Numbered from the stretch's first letter, positions 39,613-50,325 are shown. The stretch is DNA of 64,000 bases from a bacterium (GCA_963674965.2 CAXXFL010000007.1:512001-576000), one strand, 5' to 3'. Program-made: numbers and translations. The notes: a model not told the origin generated them from the letters alone.

Positions 39613-40965
39613 TCACATGGCGTTCCTGAAGCCGAAAAAGGGAGTAAGGGCGAGGATTTTCAAGTCGAGCCAAATGGACCAGTTCTCGATGTAGTACAGG
39701 TCGTACTCGATGCGGCGGTTTAGATCGGTGTTTCCCCTCAGTCCGTTCAGCTGGGCCCATCCCGTCATTCCGGGCTTGACCCAGTGTTTGTGGGCGTACC
39801 TTCCTATCTCGTCCTTGAACCTGGAGACGAACTCGGGCCTCTCGGGCCTGGGTCCGACCAGGCTCATGGAGCCGAGAAAAACGTTCACAAGCTGGGGCAA
39901 CTCGTCCAGGTTCGTTCTTCGCAGCAGGCGTCCCGCGGCCGTGACCCTGTCGTCTTCCGCCTTGGCCCAGACCGGTCCCGTGTCGGCCTCGGCGGCCTCG
40001 ATCATGGTCCTGAACTTGATTATGGTGAACTCGCGTCCGTCGTATCCGACCCTGGTCTGCGTATAGAAGACCGGCCCTTTCGAGGTGAGCTTGATGGCCA
40101 GGCCGATAATGGCGAAGAGGGGAGATGATAGCAGGAGCATGGCGAAGGACAGGGTCACGTCCAGAATCCGTTTGGTTTCCTTGCCCAGGACGGGAAGGTC
40201 CGGCGGCCTCAGGGCTATGAGGGGTATGCTTCCCAGGTTCACGCGGGAGAGGTTAAGCATGGTGCTGGGCAGGACGCCGGCGGACATGAAGACGCTGATT
40301 CCCTCCTTGTCCGCCTTGGCCAGCGCCTTTTCAATCACGCCGAACTCGTTAAGGCTGAGGTTTAAAATGACGCTGTCCACCTTGCCCTGCTCGATCATGT
40401 CCAGCGCTTGCTCGTAGTCGAGCCCGTCCTTTCCCGCCACTCCCGTCACCTTATATGAGTAATAGGGGCCGCGAGAAAGCTCGGCCATCAGCTCGGGGGT
40501 AAGCTCCGAGTCCCCGAAAATAAGGACCTTGTGGAGCGCCTCGGTCCCGTTCGCGAAAAGCCACCTTAGTTTTGCCGCGGCCAGCCGGGGTATGGCCAGG
40601 CCCAGGGGCAGGAAAATAAGGAAAAGGGTGAACACGACCCGGCTATAGGAGAACATCTTGGCGTAAAAGCCCACGACGACGAGGACGGCGAACACCTGGA
40701 GGGCGCACTTTCCCACGAGCATTATTTGGCTGATGGGATCGCTTTGTATGTGTTTTGACGAATACAGTCCGTTGGCGATGAGGACCACAAGCACGAAGGG
40801 GACCTCGATGGCGATGAGTCCCTTGTACATCTCGAGGTCCAGGTACGGGTCGGGCAGTATGACGTGTTTTTTGAGGAAAAAGGCCAGAAAAAAACAAAGT
40901 ACCATCACCGAGATATCGGAGGCCAGGAAGAGTATTCTTAAAGTTGAGGTTTGCCTGCTTATCAT
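39613..40965 (-). CDS. wcaJ: Undecaprenyl-phosphate glucose phosphotransferase
   Basis: N-terminal TMs; KFRTM, LDELPQ, MSLVGPRPERP and KPGMTGWAQ motifs. Confidence 0.9.
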   Translation of the reverse strand: MISRQTSTLRILFLASDISVMVLCFFLAFFLKKHVILPDPYLDLEMYKGLIAIEVPFVLVVLIANGLYSSKHIQSDPISQIMLVGKCALQVFAVLVVVGFYAKMFSYSRVVFTLFLIFLPLGLAIPRLAAAKLRWLFANGTEALHKVLIFGDSELTPELMAELSRGPYYSYKVTGVAGKDGLDYEQALDMIEQGKVDSVILNLSLNEFGVIEKALAKADKEGISVFMSAGVLPSTMLNLSRVNLGSIPLIALRPPDLPVLGKETKRILDVTLSFAMLLLSSPLFAIIGLAIKLTSKGPVFYTQTRVGYDGREFTIIKFRTMIEAAEADTGPVWAKAEDDRVTAAGRLLRRTNLDELPQLVNVFLGSMSLVGPRPERPEFVSRFKDEIGRYAHKHWVKPGMTGWAQLNGLRGNTDLNRRIEYDLYYIENWSIWLDLKILALTPFFGFRNAM

Positions 40966-41102
40966 TTTCCCATCCCCTCGAGCTTCCGTCTCCAGTTTGA
41001 AGGGACGAACAATCGCTTAAGGCGCTTCTTTATATTGTACCTATCTTATGGAGAGGACGGCGGCGTGTCAAGGGCGCGGGGGGGCGCGCTCGAACGGCAT
41101 AT

Positions 41103-42413
41103 TTACGGGGCGTCATTCCTGGTTCCTTGCAGGGGAACGTCGTCGGACCCCGAGGCGAAGGCCAGCCCGATCACGGTCCAATAAAGCATGCCCGGCACGC
41201 CGTCCAGGCAATAATCGAGTTGACATATGGCGGCCACCGAGGCCAGGGCCGTGAGCGCGGCGGCGTTGACCGTCGAGTCGGGGTCCTTGTTTCTTATCCA
41301 CGCCCTGGCGGCCCGGTAAAAGGCCGCCGCCCAAATCATGGCCAGGGCCAAAAGTCCCAGGGCCCCCGTCTCGACCAGGGTCTGCATGGCCACGTTATGG
41401 GCGTGCTTAAAGACCTCGCCGTTCGTTTCCGGCGGGGTGGCGTGGTAATGGATGGCCAGAGCGCTGAAGGAGTGGTGGAACCTTCCGTGTCCTATCATTT
41501 TTTGGGTCCAATCGGCCTTTTCGACTATCTCCCAGGCGATGCCCCAGGCCTTCATCCTGGACCGCGCGCTAAGGGGCGAGCGCCGGTCGGGGCCGGCGTT
41601 CAGGTACCATATGGCGCTGAGGGCGGGAGCGGCTATGAAAAAGATAAGGGCCCCCGCGACGACCTTTTGTTTCCACGCCCCGAACCTTGGCTGCGTCAGA
41701 CAGACGGCCGGGGCCGTGACGAAAAACATGACCAAAAGGACGGAGCGGGTCTTGGTCAGGAAGATGAAAAATACAAGCATGGCGGCGCCCAGCAGATTGT
41801 AAACCCTGACTCCGGGCTTGTCGGCGGCGGCCGCGACGGCTAAAAGAAGCGAGAAAATTATTAATAGCTCCTTGGCCAGCTTGGTGTGGTAGACCCGGCT
41901 AAGTATCAGCCGGCCGTCCAGGAAAGCAGAGTCCCAGGTCAAGGTCGCCGCCTGAGTCAGGTAATAACAAAGGAAGACGCTCGTGAGGACCGTCAAGTAC
42001 CTTTGAGCCCATTTTTTCCCTCGGACCCCGTAGCCGATGGCGGCGGCCATGGTCAGGCCCGGAAGGTGAATGAAGCGAGTGTCCGTCTCTCCCATGCCCG
42101 GCGGCTTGGTCCCCACCTCCGCGGCGATAACGTTGATAAGGTAAAACGCCAGCAGTCCGAAAAAGAAAACGTAATAAGGCCATTGCTCCCGGTCGTCGGG
42201 CCGGACCATGACCACCCGCCAAAAGGCCGCGATGATTATTCCCCACGATAGATACTGGCGCGCGTAGAACATGTCCGGCAAAAAAGCCATGAAGAAGGCG
42301 TGTACCGACAGAAGAGTCAAGGCTATGGCCGCCCATCTCCATTCATAACGCGCTCTTCTTTCCCGCGTAAAAAAAGACAGAGCCTCGCGCGCTTTGTCCG
42401 CCATCCTTTTCAT
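41103..42413 (-). CDS. O-antigen ligase / Wzy_C family membrane protein
   Basis: Multi-TM; TKTRS, R..AW..A and HAHN..QTLVETG.LG motifs. Confidence 0.8.
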   Translation of the reverse strand: MKRMADKAREALSFFTRERRARYEWRWAAIALTLLSVHAFFMAFLPDMFYARQYLSWGIIIAAFWRVVMVRPDDREQWPYYVFFFGLLAFYLINVIAAEVGTKPPGMGETDTRFIHLPGLTMAAAIGYGVRGKKWAQRYLTVLTSVFLCYYLTQAATLTWDSAFLDGRLILSRVYHTKLAKELLIIFSLLLAVAAAADKPGVRVYNLLGAAMLVFFIFLTKTRSVLLVMFFVTAPAVCLTQPRFGAWKQKVVAGALIFFIAAPALSAIWYLNAGPDRRSPLSARSRMKAWGIAWEIVEKADWTQKMIGHGRFHHSFSALAIHYHATPPETNGEVFKHAHNVAMQTLVETGALGLLALAMIWAAAFYRAARAWIRNKDPDSTVNAAALTALASVAAICQLDYCLDGVPGMLYWTVIGLAFASGSDDVPLQGTRNDAP

Positions 42414-42592
42414 TTTTCCTTGTAGCCCCGTGGGGCGCGTATCGTTTGTCTCGCCAAGGATCAGGGGCGTCCACGCTCGAGTCCTTATCCGTCCTGAAAT
42501 GACCACCTCAGGCGTTGGATTCAAGACAATAGTATTCCACAAATCAGGCGGCGCGTAAAAGGCGCGGGCTAAATGGATTAATTAAGAAGGGA

Positions 42593-42617
42593 TTTCAGGG
42601 GACCATCTTCCCTGAAA
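42593..42617. terminator. Hairpin downstream of the hybrid kinase
   Basis: TTTCAGGG-N9-CCCTGAAA. Confidence 0.45.
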
Positions 42618-42633
42618 AAAGCGGCGTTTCCGC

Positions 42634-44820
42634 CTATTTGCCGTGTTCGAGTACCTCGCGGATGGCCTCGAGAAAATCGTCCATGCCAAAGGGCTTCTCC
42701 ATCAGCCTGCTCTCGACGGAAAGGGTAAAATCGCGGGTCTTGTCGGTGAAGGCCCCCCCGGTGATGAACACGAAGCGTTCGGCGTACTCGGGCTTCAGCG
42801 AGGAAATACGCCTGTAGACCTCGTCCCCCGCCAAGTCGGGCATCATCATGTCGCAAACGATGACGTCGATATCATCGCGCTCCTCGAGCACCCGCATGGC
42901 CTCGAGGCCCGTGGACGCGGTCAAGATATGAAGGCTCGAGGGCAAAAGCCTCTGGTACGACTTGATTATGGCCTCCTCGTCGTCCACCAGCAGCACCACG
43001 CCTTTAAGGTCGTCCGCGTCGCGCTCGATTATCTCCTCGCTCTCGACCCATGCCTGGCCGGGCGAAAACTCCATGCTCGACGTGGGCAAAGAGACGGTAA
43101 CCTCCGTCCCCGCCCCGGGCCGGCTCTCCACCTCGATGCTTCCGCCGTGCTTCTTGATGATGTCGTAGCTTATGGCCAGCCCCAGTCCCGTTCCTTCCCC
43201 CACCTGCCTGGTGGTAAAAAAGGGATCGAAAATCCGGGGAAGATTTTCCCGTGATATGCCCACGCCCGTGTCCTTGACCGACATTTTGACAGCGTCGTCC
43301 TCGGCCCAGGTCCGAATCTCGATGAGGTTCGCGTCGGTCTCGCCCTCTGGTATGGCCTTGATGGCGTTTTGAATAAGGTTGACCAGTACCTGGCTCATTC
43401 TTCCCGAGTTGGCCACGACTCGGGGCAGCTCGCCCAGGTCCATTTTCAGCCTGGCCCTGTATCTTATCTGGTTCATGAGCATGGACGCGTTGGACCTGAC
43501 GAGTTGGTTCAGGTCCGCGTCCCCCATCTCGTCGGAGGATGAGCCCGCGAAGATGGAGAGGTCGTGCACGATGTTCTTGACTCTTTCCATGCCCTCGAGG
43601 CACTCGTTAATAATGTCCCTCGAGTCCAACCACACGTCGGGAACGGACGAGTCCAACTCGATCTTTTCGATCGCCGCCCCGGGGTCCTTGATCTCGGGGT
43701 CGGCCATGATCTCCTTGGCCTTGTCGCAATAGCCCTCGAGGGCGTCGAGGTAGCGCTCCAGTATCTGCAGGTTCGACAGCACGTAGGAGGAAGGGTTGTT
43801 GATCTCGTGGGCCACGCCCGCCGCGAGTTGGCCCACCGCCGCCATGCGCTCGGTCTGGACCAGGCCGGCCTGTGTCCGCTTGAGGGCCTTCATGGTCTCG
43901 TTCAGCTTGTCGTTGGCCTTCCGGAGCCGGTCGTTGGCGGACCGGAGTTCCCGCTCCGAGACGATCCGGGCGGTGACGTCCTCGAACAGGAGTATGGCGT
44001 AGCGGTCGCCCGACTCCATGAGCTTGTCCGTCGAGACCGGGTAAAGCATGGCCTTGAAAAGACGCTCGCCCGCGTCCTTTTCACCGACTTTGAAGTACCC
44101 CTCGAAGGCGTGGGACCTTTTGCTTTTAAAGGCGTTCTCAAGCGCGCGGATAAAGGCCGGCCTTTCCTTTTCCCTCAGCATGCAAACGCTCTCGTAGCTC
44201 AGGCCGATCAGTTCAGCCTTTTCCTTTCCCATCTCCTTTTCGGCGGCCCGGTTCACGTCCATCACCCTGAGGAAGTCGTCGAGCAGGATAAGCTGGTCGG
44301 GGATCGAGTCGAAGGTCGCCTCGAGCAGCCGCGCCAGGCGGCCTATCTCGCGGTCCGCCCTCCTTAGCTCGAGCTGCCTTTGAATCCTCTGCAGCAACTC
44401 CTCCACCCTGACCGGCTTTTGCATGTAGCCGGTGGCCCGGTTGTGCACCGACTTGATGGCCGTCTCGAGACTGGCGTGGCCCGTGACCACGAATATATCC
44501 AGACCGGGCTGGAGCTTGACCAGTTCCGCGTGAAGCTCGGTCCCCGTCACGTCCGGAAGCTGCATGTCGAGGAGGGCAAGGTCGAAGGCCACGGTCCGGG
44601 CCAGGTCTATGGCCTCGGACCCCGTGGCGGCGGTGAAGACCAAATAACCGCGGTCCTCCAACACCTCCCGCATGGCCTCCCGCCAGTCGCCGTCGTCGTC
44701 CACGCAAAGGATGTTCGCCGCCGTCGGGTTTATTCCGCCGCGCTGGAATCCCCTCACCTCCCGGGCCGTGCTCGCCTCTTCTCGCGTTACCGCCATTTTA
44801 TCGCCTTTCCTTGACTTCAC
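42634..44820 (-). CDS. Hybrid sensor histidine kinase (REC-PAS-HisKA-HATPase-REC)
   Basis: LCVDDD/LLDMQLP, AAGVAHEINNP, NLIQNA, DTGVG, GTGLGL and a C-terminal REC domain. Confidence 0.95.
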   Translation of the reverse strand: MKSRKGDKMAVTREEASTAREVRGFQRGGINPTAANILCVDDDGDWREAMREVLEDRGYLVFTAATGSEAIDLARTVAFDLALLDMQLPDVTGTELHAELVKLQPGLDIFVVTGHASLETAIKSVHNRATGYMQKPVRVEELLQRIQRQLELRRADREIGRLARLLEATFDSIPDQLILLDDFLRVMDVNRAAEKEMGKEKAELIGLSYESVCMLREKERPAFIRALENAFKSKRSHAFEGYFKVGEKDAGERLFKAMLYPVSTDKLMESGDRYAILLFEDVTARIVSERELRSANDRLRKANDKLNETMKALKRTQAGLVQTERMAAVGQLAAGVAHEINNPSSYVLSNLQILERYLDALEGYCDKAKEIMADPEIKDPGAAIEKIELDSSVPDVWLDSRDIINECLEGMERVKNIVHDLSIFAGSSSDEMGDADLNQLVRSNASMLMNQIRYRARLKMDLGELPRVVANSGRMSQVLVNLIQNAIKAIPEGETDANLIEIRTWAEDDAVKMSVKDTGVGISRENLPRIFDPFFTTRQVGEGTGLGLAISYDIIKKHGGSIEVESRPGAGTEVTVSLPTSSMEFSPGQAWVESEEIIERDADDLKGVVLLVDDEEAIIKSYQRLLPSSLHILTASTGLEAMRVLEERDDIDVIVCDMMMPDLAGDEVYRRISSLKPEYAERFVFITGGAFTDKTRDFTLSVESRLMEKPFGMDDFLEAIREVLEHGK

Positions 44821-44842
44821 CTTGTCGCTTTGACCGGTTGCT

Positions 44843-45988
44843 TCACCCGGCCGCCGGCAGCCACAACTCGAACCTCACCATCTCCTCCTCGGGCAAAAGG
44901 GAAGCAGTGAGGACGCCGCCGTGCCTGCTGGCGATGGCCCAGCTTATCGAGAGTCCAAGCCCCATGCCGTGTTCCTTGGTGCTGTAAAAGGGCTTGAAAA
45001 GGTCGGCCACCTTGCTCGCCGGTATCATGTCGCCGTTGTTTTCCAGCCGAGCGAGAAAACCCGCCCTGCCGTCCTTGTCCGCCTTGGCCACGCTCGCCCT
45101 GATCAAGGGCTCGCTCGCGCTTTTGGTCGCCTCCATGGCGTTGGTCAAAAGGTTCCTGAAAAGTATGGTGAGCTGCTCGGCCGAGCCGAGGACGAGACCG
45201 CCCCCCGAGGAGTCGGAAATATCGAGAAGACCGGAGGCCCCGCATTCCTCGGAGGCCCTCCTCAGCGAGGATAAAAGGTCCACCGGCGCGCTCCTCGCCA
45301 GGCTGGAACGGGGGCGATTGAGCTTGAGCATCGAGTCAAGGACGTTGTTGATCTTCAGGAGCTGGGACCTGATCCTCCCGAAGTGTTTGGCGACCTTGTC
45401 GCTGGGCCCCTCGATATACCTTTCCAGAAGGTAGAGCGAGGTCTCGATCACGCCCATGGGGTCCCGTATCTCGTGGGCCAGGGCCCCGGCGAAGCGGCCG
45501 GCGCGGAAAAGTTCCTCGTGGCCCTCCTCCTCCGCTCCCGGCGGAAGGGCAGCCTTCTCGTCCCCCGCCTCGCGGCACCAAATCGTCCACGTACCGCCGG
45601 CCTCGCCGTCCACCGAGCGGGCCTCGCCCACCAGGGAAAGCGCCCGGCTCGATCCGGGAAAAAGCTCGATCTCGCCCCGCCAGACGCGGTTTGGCTCTTC
45701 TTGTTTCCCCAGCTTTTCCCGCCACAGCCTCACGAGGTCCTCGCCCACGACTTCCTCGAGGCGAATCGACTCGCCGGCCGGGTCCATGATTTCCTCCAGT
45801 ATCTCGCGAAGGGCCGCGTTGGCGTAAACTATTTTAAAGCCGTCACCGGGGTCAGCGGCGAAAATAAAAAGGGAAAGGCCGTCCAGGACCGCCTGATGGA
45901 TGGAGCCGGACTCGAGGTTGTTTTCTTCCCCGGAAAAGCGGTCCCTGGCCTCCATGCCCTTTATATTCTCGCCGGCCAAAGTCTTCAC
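44843..45988 (-). CDS. Cytoplasmic sensor histidine kinase (start uncertain)
   Basis: LAHEIRDP, NLLTNA, FKPFYSTK and GMGLGL motifs. Confidence 0.9.
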   Translation of the reverse strand: MKTLAGENIKGMEARDRFSGEENNLESGSIHQAVLDGLSLFIFAADPGDGFKIVYANAALREILEEIMDPAGESIRLEEVVGEDLVRLWREKLGKQEEPNRVWRGEIELFPGSSRALSLVGEARSVDGEAGGTWTIWCREAGDEKAALPPGAEEEGHEELFRAGRFAGALAHEIRDPMGVIETSLYLLERYIEGPSDKVAKHFGRIRSQLLKINNVLDSMLKLNRPRSSLARSAPVDLLSSLRRASEECGASGLLDISDSSGGGLVLGSAEQLTILFRNLLTNAMEATKSASEPLIRASVAKADKDGRAGFLARLENNGDMIPASKVADLFKPFYSTKEHGMGLGLSISWAIASRHGGVLTASLLPEEEMVRFELWLPAAG

Positions 45989-46008
45989 GCCTCGTCTCCG
46001 TCCGGCCC

Positions 46009-46695
46009 TCAGGAATTGAAACGGCCGATGATGGATATGAGGGAATTGATATCCACCGGCTTGGTTATGCAAGGATATACCTGGGTTATGTCGTCTCCGG
46101 GAGAAAAACGAGGGTTGGCGAAGGCCATCCTCACCCGGTAGCCCTCGCTCGAGCCCGAGCCGCCGGAGGAAGGCGCCGGAACGTCGATCACTACCAGGTC
46201 GAATTCCTCGTCCTGAATCTTGTCAAGCCCGTCCTTGGCCGTGCTCGCCCGGTGGACCCTGAAACCTTTTTCCTCCAGTTCCGTCTCGATGCCCGAGCCC
46301 GAGGCCAGGTCCTCCATGATCAGGAGGGCCACGCCGCGGGGGAAGTCGAACTCACCCATGGCCTCGAGCAGCCTCTTGACCTCGATGGTTTTAAGGAACA
46401 CCCCAAAGGCGCCCTCCGACAGGGCGTCCTCCAGCCAGTCCTCCATGCACGCCGTCATCAGGATCATGCGGCTATGGGGAGAGAGTTCCTTGAGCTTCTT
46501 GTAAAGCTCGAGGCCGCCCATGGCGCTGAGCCTCACGTCGAGAAGTATAACGTCGAACTCCTCTCTTTTAACCAACTCGAGCGCGGTCTCGCCGTCGGAC
46601 GCCGACCGGGCCGCGTATCCTTGCGACTCGAGGATTTCCTGGACGTTTTCCCGGAAGTCTCGATTGTCGTCGACTATAAGGACTCGTTTTTTCAT
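46009..46695 (-). CDS. Response regulator with tandem receiver domains (second degenerate)
   Basis: VLIVDD..ILLDV; second unit LLIMED..VVIDV..KP. Confidence 0.85.
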   Translation of the reverse strand: MKKRVLIVDDNRDFRENVQEILESQGYAARSASDGETALELVKREEFDVILLDVRLSAMGGLELYKKLKELSPHSRMILMTACMEDWLEDALSEGAFGVFLKTIEVKRLLEAMGEFDFPRGVALLIMEDLASGSGIETELEEKGFRVHRASTAKDGLDKIQDEEFDLVVIDVPAPSSGGSGSSEGYRVRMAFANPRFSPGDDITQVYPCITKPVDINSLISIIGRFNS

Positions 46696-46696
46696 T

Positions 46697-47719
46697 TTAG
46701 CCGCGGTCTCCTCCCGCCGTCACCAGGCTCCTTAGAGTGAAGTCGTAGGCCCCTTCGCCAACGCGGTGAAAGGAGAACTCCTTTACCTCCCTTACGTCCA
46801 GGGCCATCATGACGCGGGCCAGGACCTTTCCTATGTCCTCGCCTCTGGCCTCCTTGAGCCTGTTCTCCAGGCTGGTGACGAAGGCGTCGGGGTCGGCGAC
46901 CCGGTATAAGTCGCGGATAATGGAGGCAACGTCGGATTCACTGGCCCAGACGAAACGCGCCGGGGAGCCGGCCGTGTTCGAGATGGCGGCCAGGGCCTCG
47001 GAGTCGAGGACGTCGGTAACGGCCACGACCAGGGCGTCGCCGTCGTAAAAAAGTGGAGCGCACCAGTGCTTGAGGGCCATTTCCGCCGGCGGTCCCGGCA
47101 GGGCCGCCCCATCCGCCGCTAGCTCGGAAAGGTCCGACCGAGCAAGGCCCAGTACGTCCTCATGGATGAACAGGACGTCCTCGGGCTCGAGAAGGCCCAT
47201 GTCCCTCACCGCCCGATAATAGGACACGCCGCTCGTCCGCGAACGCTCGACCGCCGCCTCGTTCTCGATCTTGTCCAGCGCCTCGATGGATAGTAAAAGC
47301 TTCTGGAGCAAAGAGTCGCCGATCTTTCCCTCCCGGGAGAACGCCGAGCGGGCAAGAGCGCGGACCACGGTCTTGGGAATGACCTTCATGTCCTCGACCG
47401 GCTTGGTCACTATGTCCCTGGCCCCCATCGAGAGAAGGCGCTCGGGCGCGTCCACGTCGGCGTAGGCCGTGGCCATGACCACGGCGGTCCCGGGGCTGAT
47501 CGCGCGCATTCTCGAGAGGACTTCGTAACCCGACATTCCCGGCATGCGGATGTCAAGCAGGGCGGCCGCGGCCTCGTTCGAGGCGAGCCAGGACAGGGCG
47601 GCGGCGCCGTCGCCGAACCCGACGGCCTCGAGCCCGATCATCTTCAGGACCCGAAGGCAGCCCTCCCGGAAGGGCGCGTTGTCGTCGATTACCATGACGG
47701 TGTATTTTTTCTCGTCCAT
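46697..47719 (-). CDS. Response regulator with MshEN/T2SSE_N-like domain
   Basis: REC (VIDD, LLDIRMPG, KP) followed by APL..DGDALVVAVTD..D..AL..I....G...FVWASE.D. Confidence 0.8.
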   Translation of the reverse strand: MDEKKYTVMVIDDNAPFREGCLRVLKMIGLEAVGFGDGAAALSWLASNEAAAALLDIRMPGMSGYEVLSRMRAISPGTAVVMATAYADVDAPERLLSMGARDIVTKPVEDMKVIPKTVVRALARSAFSREGKIGDSLLQKLLLSIEALDKIENEAAVERSRTSGVSYYRAVRDMGLLEPEDVLFIHEDVLGLARSDLSELAADGAALPGPPAEMALKHWCAPLFYDGDALVVAVTDVLDSEALAAISNTAGSPARFVWASESDVASIIRDLYRVADPDAFVTSLENRLKEARGEDIGKVLARVMMALDVREVKEFSFHRVGEGAYDFTLRSLVTAGGDRG

Positions 47720-47724
47720 GGGGG

Positions 47725-48348
47725 TTACCCTCCTCTCCTCTCGTCCCTTCTTCTACGGTGGGCCTGCTCGCGGAAGACCTCGCGCTGTCTCTGGGTGACG
47801 TACCTTATCACTTCCTCCCTGGCCCCCTGGCTCATGCCGATGAACTGGAAGGCCGTGTCGTAGACCTTCGCTCCATCCGCTCCTGGCTTGGCGTCTTCGA
47901 CCCTCACCACCCTGGCCAGGGTTACGATTTTCGAGGGTGGTGAAAGGGGAAGAAGAAGGGTCAGCTTGACCGAGTCCCCACAGGCCAGGGCCTTGGTCAC
48001 GGGAAAACGGATGCCCGAGCCCGAGACGTTGGCCCGGGTGTTCTTCAAAAGCACGCTGTCCACTTTCCTTTTTTGTCCCGAGTTCTGCTCCAGGAGCATG
48101 TCCAGCTTGTGATCGATCGAGACCAGGAGCTTGATCATGGCCGCCTGCACGTTGGCGTCGCCGCTTTCAGCCCTCTTCACGTAAGACCGGAGCAGGGCGG
48201 CCGAGCGGTCGTCCGAGGACGAGGATATCTCGCGGGCCTGCTGGGGGACCTCCGAGGGATCGAGAATCTCCATATGCAGGGCCAGGGTCCCTTCCACCCG
48301 GACGTAATTTCTTCTTTCTACCAGCAGTCCTTTTACTCCCCGTTCCAT
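47725..48348 (-). CDS. PilZ-domain c-di-GMP-binding protein
   Basis: RRNYVR (RxxxR) and NVSGSG motifs. Confidence 0.88.
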   Translation of the reverse strand: MERGVKGLLVERRNYVRVEGTLALHMEILDPSEVPQQAREISSSSDDRSAALLRSYVKRAESGDANVQAAMIKLLVSIDHKLDMLLEQNSGQKRKVDSVLLKNTRANVSGSGIRFPVTKALACGDSVKLTLLLPLSPPSKIVTLARVVRVEDAKPGADGAKVYDTAFQFIGMSQGAREEVIRYVTQRQREVFREQAHRRRRDERRGG

Positions 48349-48765
48349 TGTTCACCCGCCTTGCATAAATATGGAGTCAATGTCCACCGTCAAGATAAGC
48401 AGATATCATGCCTTGCGAAGAACCATTATCAAGCGGGGAGAGCGCCGGCGATAAACTCCTCTTATCAATCAGATTAATCATTATAATAATCAAATTGTTA
48501 GATAAATAAATGCCGCGGGAAAAAATAGCGGTTTTGCCGATCAATCATATATAAGGATGAAAATTGCGCTCCCTTTGCCAAGGTAAATTGGAAGCCAGAG
48601 GCGAAAATTCAATAATACTCAATAAAAATAAAGCCATGAGCGTCAAAATTTTGATGGCCTTTTCCCGGCATCGGTAAATACATAATCAGTGAAATTGTCT
48701 CATTATCGGGAAATTGATTGGGTAAAATTTCCTGAATATAAGAATTGAAAACCGCTATCTCCCAC

Positions 48766-48796
48766 AAAAAAAGGCCCCGCCAGAAAACGGGACCTT
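48766..48796 (-). terminator. Rho-independent terminator-like hairpin
   Basis: AAGGCCCCG/CGGGACCTT stem with A-run (U-tract on the minus strand). Confidence 0.55.
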
Positions 48797-48831
48797 GTCA
48801 AAGTGAACTTGAAACATCGCCAATGGGATGA

Positions 48832-50325
48832 TCACTCTCCGTTGTGGGACGGGCTTCCTCCCCACATGGTCCAGCCGTCGGCCTTGCGGTCGCCAAGCTC
48901 GAGGCAGATGAGCTTTCCATCGGTGGTACCCACGTAAATCCGCCCTTTTGCCAGGGCGGGCTGAAAGCGCATGGGCGATCCCACCTCGATCGTGTCCCTT
49001 ATGGCGCCCCGGTTTTTATCCAGCACGATTATCTCTCCCGTCACCGCGGCCAGGTAGAGTTTTTCCCCCGCCGGCGACGGCGGCGCTCCCAGGTGGCCGC
49101 CCAGTTTCTCCAGGTCGCCCGAGAGGTCCTTGGCCCACAGTTCCTTGCCCGAGTCCGGGTCCAGGGCCACCACCTCATCGCCCTGGGTCATGTAAAGGAC
49201 CCCGTCGTACACGCATGGCCTCGAGCCCTGGTATTCCCACAGGCCGCGCACGGTCCCCTGTCCCACGTTGGCCATGGCCTCGCCCAGCTTGGCCGCGGCC
49301 GGTCCGCTGGAAAACCCGACCGAGGCGTCGTCCGACTTCTGGGCCGCGTTATAGGCGCTTCGGTTCTGGACCGCCGCGTCCAAATACAAGGCGGCCCGCT
49401 CCCGCCAGGCGCCCTTGGACTGGTTGGGCGCGCCCTTTTCGTTATCCATTCTAAGGACGGCCTCGCGGGGGGCCTCCTCCCCTTTCTTGCGCTGGCTGAC
49501 GAAGACCTGGTCCTTGTAGAGCCAGGGGGCGCTGGTGGCCTGGAAGTCCTTGTTCCAGACCTCATGGCCGTCCCTCATCCGGAAGCGGTAAACGTGGCCG
49601 TCAAAGGTCGAGATATACACCGAGTCCTTGTAGGCGACGGGCGCGCTGATAATGTCGCCCGCGATGGGCGCTCGCCACTTTTCCTTGCCGCCTTTAAGGT
49701 CGAGAGCTATGATCTGGTGGCCGCCTCGGGAGGGGAAGGCCATGAAGACCTTGCCGTCGGCTATAGCCGGCTGGCTCATGAGGGGGTCTCCCAGCCAGAT
49801 GCTCCAAAGCTGGCGGCCGGTCTTGGCGTCCACCACGAAGAGGGTGCAGCTCTCGGTGTTGAAGGCCACCACCCCGTCGGCGACCACCGCGGCGGTGGGT
49901 CCGTCGTCCGACACCTTAATAGCCCACTTCGGCTCCCCGCTCTCGGCGTCAAAGGCGTAGAACTCGTAGCTGCCAAAGCCTCCTCCAACATAGACCATGC
50001 CGTCCACCACGGCCGGAGTGGCCAACGCCCGGTTTCCGGGAATCTCGACTTTCCATCCCGCCTTCCCGTCGGAGGTCTTGAACTTGCGCGCCCGAAGGTT
50101 ATCGAGCGGAAGTTTGGTCACCGATCCCGACTTGTCGCCCCGGTTCATGATCTGGTTCATGACCGGGACAGGGGCCTGGTCGTCCACCGGGGCCTTGAAT
50201 ATAGGTAACTCGTCGTTAAAGGGTTTTTGCTCCTTTTGGGTCTCGTCGCCCGCCAGAGCCATGCCCGCCATGATGGCGGCCGCCAGAATGAACAGCCATA
50301 CCTTGGCTACAAAGGTCGTCTTCAT
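48832..50325 (-). CDS. Secreted PQQ-binding-like beta-propeller (BamB-like) protein
   Basis: Signal peptide and repeated A.D..SG..W motifs. Confidence 0.88.
   Translation of the reverse strand: MKTTFVAKVWLFILAAAIMAGMALAGDETQKEQKPFNDELPIFKAPVDDQAPVPVMNQIMNRGDKSGSVTKLPLDNLRARKFKTSDGKAGWKVEIPGNRALATPAVVDGMVYVGGGFGSYEFYAFDAESGEPKWAIKVSDDGPTAAVVADGVVAFNTESCTLFVVDAKTGRQLWSIWLGDPLMSQPAIADGKVFMAFPSRGGHQIIALDLKGGKEKWRAPIAGDIISAPVAYKDSVYISTFDGHVYRFRMRDGHEVWNKDFQATSAPWLYKDQVFVSQRKKGEEAPREAVLRMDNEKGAPNQSKGAWRERAALYLDAAVQNRSAYNAAQKSDDASVGFSSGPAAAKLGEAMANVGQGTVRGLWEYQGSRPCVYDGVLYMTQGDEVVALDPDSGKELWAKDLSGDLEKLGGHLGAPPSPAGEKLYLAAVTGEIIVLDKNRGAIRDTIEVGSPMRFQPALAKGRIYVGTTDGKLICLELGDRKADGWTMWGGSPSHNGE

Noticed and set aside
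48844-50208. 454-aa plus-strand ORF and similar long antisense ORFs (for example 12290..13438, 10244..11176)
   Set aside because: Expected shadows of GC-rich coding genes on the opposite strand.
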